Assembly: GCA_964650605.1 (NCBI GenBank)
Contig: CAZYUF010000004.1
Span: 1-24,479, forward strand
Direction of reading: 5' to 3'
From: an uncultured Pseudomonadales bacterium
GTDB taxonomy: Bacteria; Patescibacteriota; Microgenomatia; UBA1400; CG1-02-47-37
Length of the DNA stretch: 24,479 nucleotides
This document shows, one piece after another, positions 20,654 through 24,479 of this stretch; the stretch's first letter is position 1, and the number at the start of each line of letters is the position of its first letter. A model generated the notes under the pieces. That model did not search any database, was not told the origin of the DNA, and saw only the letters and a list, made by a program, of their open reading frames with translations. Position numbers and translations under genes: made by a program.

Positions 20654-21301
20654 TTAAATTTCTTCAATCAAAACAGATTTTATAGTGGGCAAGTCACGTT
20701 CGTCAGTTTCCTCAACAAACGATTTATAAGTACTATTAATAAAATCCAAAGGTTCAACCCAAGCTTGGCTGAACAATCTTAAATAATTAGGATAGCTCGA
20801 GTACTTATAACCTGCAAGACCTGCGAGGAGACTCCTCGCAGGCAAAAGATTCAGGGGATTACGATGAATATACTTAGATAAATAAAGTAATTGATCCTCG
20901 CTTTCCACCAAAACTGCTTTATAAACGCTCTGGAAAACCGGGCCGACCCGCTTGTATTTTCGATTAAAATAACGGGAGTATTTAGTTGCCAAAGATCGCA
21001 TAAAAAAATTAATCCGGTCAAATTCATTCTGCCAGATTAATAGGTGAAAATGGTTAGGAAGCAAACAATAAGCAATTAGTTTAACCTGGTCGGCGTAATT
21101 TTTTAGTTGCTTCGATGGCGCTACTTTAACCTGCGAGGAGTCTCCTCGCAGGTCGGGAAAAGACAAATAAAACTTTAGATAGCTTAAAAAAGTTTTATAG
21201 TCTTGCTCGTTTAGGAATATCGGTTCCTTGTTTACGCCACGGTTATATATATGATAATAGCTTTTCTCGACATATATTTTTAACGTATTTTTCGAAGGCA
21301 T
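20654..21301 (-). CDS. rayT: REP-associated tyrosine transposase (RAYT-like, Y1/HUH, IS200/IS605 superfamily), copy 2, apparently intact
   Basis: YHIYNRG, YCLLPNHFHLL (HUH), YIHRNP (NP motif) and YKYSSY; no tnpB nearby. ATG 21301 (MPSKN) preferred because TATAAT lies 7 nt upstream of it; ATG 21310 is the alternative. Confidence 0.9.
   Translation of the reverse strand: MPSKNTLKIYVEKSYYHIYNRGVNKEPIFLNEQDYKTFLSYLKFYLSFPDLRGDSSQVKVAPSKQLKNYADQVKLIAYCLLPNHFHLLIWQNEFDRINFFMRSLATKYSRYFNRKYKRVGPVFQSVYKAVLVESEDQLLYLSKYIHRNPLNLLPARSLLAGLAGYKYSSYPNYLRLFSQAWVEPLDFINSTYKSFVEETDERDLPTIKSVLIEEI
20820..20842. repeat. Hairpin variant A inside transposase copy 2 (CCTGCGAGGA-GAC-TCCTCGCAGG)
   Basis: Perfect palindrome; translated as PARSLLAG. 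Confidence 0.95.
21130..21152. repeat. Hairpin variant A inside transposase copy 2 (CCTGCGAGGA-GTC-TCCTCGCAGG)
   Basis: Perfect palindrome; translated as DLRGDSSQV. Confidence 0.95.
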
Positions 21302-21308
21302 TGTTTTC

Positions 21309-21314
21309 ATTATA
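21309..21314 (-). promoter_or_regulatory. -10 box for transposase copy 2
   Basis: Minus-strand TATAAT, 7 nt before ATG 21301 and 2 nt from the upstream hairpin. Confidence 0.5.
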
Positions 21315-21316
21315 TG

Positions 21317-21339
21317 CCTACGAGGAGTCTCCTTGTAGG
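21317..21339. repeat. Hairpin variant A upstream of transposase copy 2 (CCTACGAGGA-GTC-TCCTTGTAGG)
   Basis: Read directly; compensatory A4/T20 pair and G6-T18 wobble. Confidence 0.92.
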
Positions 21340-21361
21340 TTTAACTCAGCTTGACCAATTA

Positions 21362-21370
21362 TGATATGCT
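21362..21370 (+). promoter_or_regulatory. Extended -10 box for korA
   Basis: TG-A-TATGCT, 7 nt before ATG 21378. Confidence 0.4.
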
Positions 21371-21377
21371 GGTATTC

Positions 21378-22937
21378 ATGCAGAAGTTTAACTTCAAAAT
21401 CAGTGGCGCCGCCGGGGAAGGAATTAAAGTTGCCGGTCTGATTTTTGCCCAAACTGCCTTTCGGCAGGGTCTTTATGTACATGGTTACACTGAGTACCCC
21501 TCCTTAATCCGCGGCGGCTTAAACACTTTCCAGGTCTGTGCCGATGTTCAACCGGTCCTGGCCCCGGAAGCCAAATTTGACCTGGAAATCTCCTTAAACA
21601 ATCCGTCTTTAGGCAAGCCAAAAAATATTTTTGCTGTCGGGTTTGCCTGTGCCCGGCTGGGTTTAAACTTAGCCGCTTTACAAACAGTAATTAAAGAAAC
21701 TTTTGTCAAAAAAACCACTGCGGTCATTAAACACAATCTGGCAGCCGCTGAACAAGGGTATAAATCTTGTCAAAATCCGCTTCAGCCAATTGCCCGGCCG
21801 CCTCTAACCAACCAAATTTTACTCAGCGGTAATGACGCCCTTAGTCTAGGCGCTATTGCCGGCGGCTTGAAGTTTTTTACCGCTTATCCGATGTCTCCCT
21901 CTACGTCCATCCTCCACTTTTTGGCCGCCAAAGCCAAGAAAACCGGGATTGCTGTCCGCCACGGCGAAGATGAAATCGGCGTTGTTAATATGGCTTTGGG
22001 CGCTTCTTTTGCCGGCGCAAGAAGTCTGGTCGCCACCTCCGGCGGCGGTTTTTCGTTAATGAATGAAGCGATTGGTTTAGCCGGCGTCAGCGAGACACCG
22101 CTCGTCATTGTTAATGCCATGCGCCCGGGCCCGGCTACGGGCATGCCGACCTGGACCGGTCAAGCTGACCTCTTGTTTGCCATTCACGCTTCTCAGGACG
22201 AATTCCCCCGGATCGTCCTGACCCCCGGAGATCCGGAAGAAGCCTTTGTTTTAGCCAAATTGGCCCTGAACCTGGCAGAAAAATATCAGCTGCCGATAAT
22301 TATTTTAACTGACAAATATTTGGCAGAATCTTACTTTACTTTTAACACCCCTGCTGTTAAACAAACCAATCAACGTTATGGTTTTGCTTCAACCCAAAAC
22401 CTGGACACTAACACCCCTTTCCTAAGATATTCCGATTCTAAAACCGGCGTTTCCTTAAGAACCATTCCCGGCCAGCCCGGCGGCGTCCATTTAGCCAACA
22501 GCTATGAGCATGATGAATCTGGTTATGCCACCGAAAGTTCCGGTGAGCGAATTAAACAAGTCGATAAGCGCGCCCGAAAAATTACCACAATTCTCAAAGA
22601 TCCGGAAATGGTTAAACCAAAACTTTTCGGTCCCAAATCCGCCGCTACCACTATCATTTCCTGGGGTTCCAACAAAGGCAGTCTCCAAACTGCCTTAAAA
22701 TCCCTTCCCGATACTAACTTTATTCATTTCCCTTGTGTTTGGCCCTTTCCCAAACAAGAGTTTCTCCATCTCATTAATAAATCCAAAAAATTAGTTACCA
22801 TCGAACTCAACTCCACCGGCCAGCTCAATCAATTAATCAGCCAGGTAATCGGTATTCAAATTCCCAGCAAAATTTTAAAATATGACGGGCGGCCGTTTTA
22901 CCCTGAAGAAATTATTAATCAACTGAAACAACTATGA
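21378..22937 (+). CDS. korA: 2-oxoacid:ferredoxin oxidoreductase alpha subunit (with fused gamma-like N-domain); substrate not determinable
   Basis: SGAAGEGI, EYPSLIRGG, YPMSPST, EDEIG, ATSGGG and RPGPATGMPT. Start ATG 21378 preferred. Confidence 0.92.
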   Translation: MQKFNFKISGAAGEGIKVAGLIFAQTAFRQGLYVHGYTEYPSLIRGGLNTFQVCADVQPVLAPEAKFDLEISLNNPSLGKPKNIFAVGFACARLGLNLAALQTVIKETFVKKTTAVIKHNLAAAEQGYKSCQNPLQPIARPPLTNQILLSGNDALSLGAIAGGLKFFTAYPMSPSTSILHFLAAKAKKTGIAVRHGEDEIGVVNMALGASFAGARSLVATSGGGFSLMNEAIGLAGVSETPLVIVNAMRPGPATGMPTWTGQADLLFAIHASQDEFPRIVLTPGDPEEAFVLAKLALNLAEKYQLPIIILTDKYLAESYFTFNTPAVKQTNQRYGFASTQNLDTNTPFLRYSDSKTGVSLRTIPGQPGGVHLANSYEHDESGYATESSGERIKQVDKRARKITTILKDPEMVKPKLFGPKSAATTIISWGSNKGSLQTALKSLPDTNFIHFPCVWPFPKQEFLHLINKSKKLVTIELNSTGQLNQLISQVIGIQIPSKILKYDGRPFYPEEIINQLKQL

Positions 22938-23761
22938 TCAAAAGAACCACGAAAATAAATCCTACCTGGTGCCCTGGCTGCGGCAACTTCGGCATCTTCG
23001 GCGCCCTTAGACTCGCTTTGGACCAACTTAATATTTTACCTCATCAACTAACCTTTGTTTATGACATCGGCTGTTCCGGCAACATGGCTGATTTTTCTTA
23101 TGGCTATGGGTTTCACAGTCTTCATGGCCGGGCTTTGCCCATCGCCGCCGGCATTAAACTAGCTAACCCTAAACTTCCGGTCATTGCTATCATCGGCGAC
23201 GGCGGCTGCTTTGGTGAAGGCTTAGGCCATTTTATTTCCCTGGCCCGGGGCAACCATGATATTGTCGTCTTCAGTCACGACAATTATCTTTATAGTCTCA
23301 CCACCGGCCAAATGTCACCCACCACTAAAAAGGGGACTATTACCGCCAGTACGCCTAATGGATCAGTCGAAGAAGCTTTTAATCCGCTTGCCAACGCCAT
23401 TATCAATCACGCCACCTTTGTCGCCCGCGGTTTCGCTGGTAATATTTCTCATTTATCCGCCTTAATTGTCGCCGCCATTAAACACCGGGGCTTCTCCTTT
23501 ATCGATATTCTCCAACCCTGCGTTACTTATAATAAAAACATGCCTTATGATTGGTTCAGGAGTCACATTTACCAACTGGAGCAAACCGAGTACGATCCCA
23601 CCAATAAAACTATGGCTTTGCAAAAATCTTTAGAAACCGACCGCCTTCCGATCGGAATTTTCTATGAGATTAACAAACCCACTTACCACGAACAAGTTCT
23701 CCCTGCTTCACCCACCACTTTAGCCGAAGCAGACATCTCCCATATTAATTTGCCGAGTTAA
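22934..23761 (+). CDS. korB: 2-oxoacid:ferredoxin oxidoreductase beta subunit
   Basis: PTWCPGCG, DIGCS, HGRALP, GDG...N TPP-binding motif and QPCVTYN. Confidence 0.95.
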   Translation: MIKRTTKINPTWCPGCGNFGIFGALRLALDQLNILPHQLTFVYDIGCSGNMADFSYGYGFHSLHGRALPIAAGIKLANPKLPVIAIIGDGGCFGEGLGHFISLARGNHDIVVFSHDNYLYSLTTGQMSPTTKKGTITASTPNGSVEEAFNPLANAIINHATFVARGFAGNISHLSALIVAAIKHRGFSFIDILQPCVTYNKNMPYDWFRSHIYQLEQTEYDPTNKTMALQKSLETDRLPIGIFYEINKPTYHEQVLPASPTTLAEADISHINLPS

Positions 23762-24371
23762 ACTTCCTGATTACCCCCACCACCTTGCCCTGGACTTTCA
23801 CATTAGTGGCATAAATCGGGCTCATGCTGGAATTGGCCGGTTCCAACCTGATCCTGGTCGCTTCTTTAAAAAACCGTTTTAATGTCGCCAGTCCGTTTTC
23901 CAATAACGCGACGACAATATCGCCGTTGACTGCTTCCTGTTCCTCTTCTACCACCACGTAATCGCCGTCTAAAATGCCTTCTTCGATCATCGACTCGCCT
24001 TTAACCTGGAGCACAAACGAGCGTTTCTTGCCGCTGACCATGTGCGGAGAAACGCTAAAACTGGCATTCGGGTCAGTGTATGGCTCAATCGGCTTGCCGG
24101 CGGCAATGTAACCCAAAATCGGCAAAGTTAACCCGGCGCTGTCACTGCCATAGCGGGGATCGGTAATCTCTAAACCCCGCACCGCTCCTTCATACTTCTT
24201 CAACACTCCCTTGCGCACTAAAGTGGCAATATGTTCATGCACGGTTGCCAAAGAAGACAGGCTCATGGAAGTAGCGATCTCCTGCAAAGTCGGGGAGTGT
24301 CCATTGGACTGAATATATTGGGAAATAAAATCCACCATCTGTTTTTGGCGCTTGTATAATGTCACTGGCAT
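23745..24371 (-). CDS. lexA: SOS repressor LexA
   Basis: N-terminal wHTH (SPTLQEIA...TVHEHIATLVRKG), IAAG cleavage site, GESM (Ser) and TLKR (Lys). Confidence 0.95.
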   Translation of the reverse strand: MPVTLYKRQKQMVDFISQYIQSNGHSPTLQEIATSMSLSSLATVHEHIATLVRKGVLKKYEGAVRGLEITDPRYGSDSAGLTLPILGYIAAGKPIEPYTDPNASFSVSPHMVSGKKRSFVLQVKGESMIEEGILDGDYVVVEEEQEAVNGDIVVALLENGLATLKRFFKEATRIRLEPANSSMSPIYATNVKVQGKVVGVIRKFNSAN

Positions 24372-24391
24372 AAAATTCCTTTCTTCGTATC

Positions 24392-24421
24392 ATCTTAGCC
24401 CGAACAAAAACCGCATGTCAA
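24392..24421 (-). promoter_or_regulatory. Sigma70-type promoter for lexA
   Basis: Minus-strand TTGACA (24421-24416), 18-nt spacer, TAAGAT (24397-24392); an AAAGGA SD-like sequence precedes the ATG. Confidence 0.55.
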
Positions 24422-24479
24422 GTACATGTTACAATAAAAACATGCTTAAACGCTTATTCCTGATTTTATTTTTATTATT

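Larger units (their letters stand above)
20621..21339 (-). mobile_element. RAYT-like element: transposase bounded by and containing four variant-A hairpins
   Basis: Hairpins at 20631, 20820, 21130 and 21317, plus a partial copy CCTACGAG at 20621. An 11-bp direct repeat ATGCCTACGAG lies at 20618..20628 and 21314..21324. Confidence 0.8.

Noticed and set aside
20748-20763. AAAGGTTCAACCCAAG inside transposase copy 2 as an eleventh (variant-C-like) hairpin
   Set aside because: Only a 3-4 bp stem, no CCTDC/GHAGG outer arms, and no counterpart in copy 1. It may be chance or a very old relic.
20654-21301. Ordinary IS200/IS605 element
   Set aside because: No tnpB is present, and the NP and SSY motifs plus multiple dispersed palindromes fit the RAYT branch better.
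20631-21339. Four 23-bp repeats as a CRISPR array
   Set aside because: Spacings are 187-310 bp, the intervening DNA encodes a continuous transposase, and no cas genes are present.
23745-23761. korB/lexA convergent overlap as another hairpin site
   Set aside because: The genes overlap by 17 bp and no palindrome of the family is present.
24398-24415. LexA box in the lexA promoter spacer (CCGAAC-AAAA-ACCG)
   Set aside because: Only one GAAC/GTTC half-site and no convincing palindrome or direct repeat. It would need genome-wide motif discovery upstream of recA/lexA to support.

Overview
Compact, gene-dense bacterial window. Gene content and protein style suggest a CPR/Patescibacteria (Microgenomates-like) genome; this is inference, not a database result. 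The backbone is housekeeping and energy metabolism: a complete F1Fo ATP synthase operon (atpBEFHAGDC), a HExxH metallopeptidase, holA-like, PMM/PGM, bifunctional PGI/PMI, ppsA, eno, gpmI, ADP-forming acetate-CoA ligase, rsmI, korAB and lexA. The main unexplained signal is a family of ten 23-bp palindromes (10-bp stem + 3-nt loop, consensus CCTDC-RAGGW-NNN-WCCTY-GHAVD) associated with two REP-associated (RAYT-like, Y1/HUH) tyrosine transposase genes. The hairpins flank the transposases, but they also sit in-frame INSIDE them at homologous positions. Each transposase carries its own hairpin variant (loop GAC/GTC vs ACA). The degenerate copy has lost exactly one hairpin-bounded module. Short tandem duplications occur at stem bases. 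Dispersed copies are translated as the C-termini of unrelated host proteins: a thermonuclease and the acetate-CoA ligase both end in SAYEETPRR. A third variant (loop CCA) joins a thermonuclease paralog tail to an apparent type III restriction Res remnant. I cannot confirm novelty without literature and database searches.
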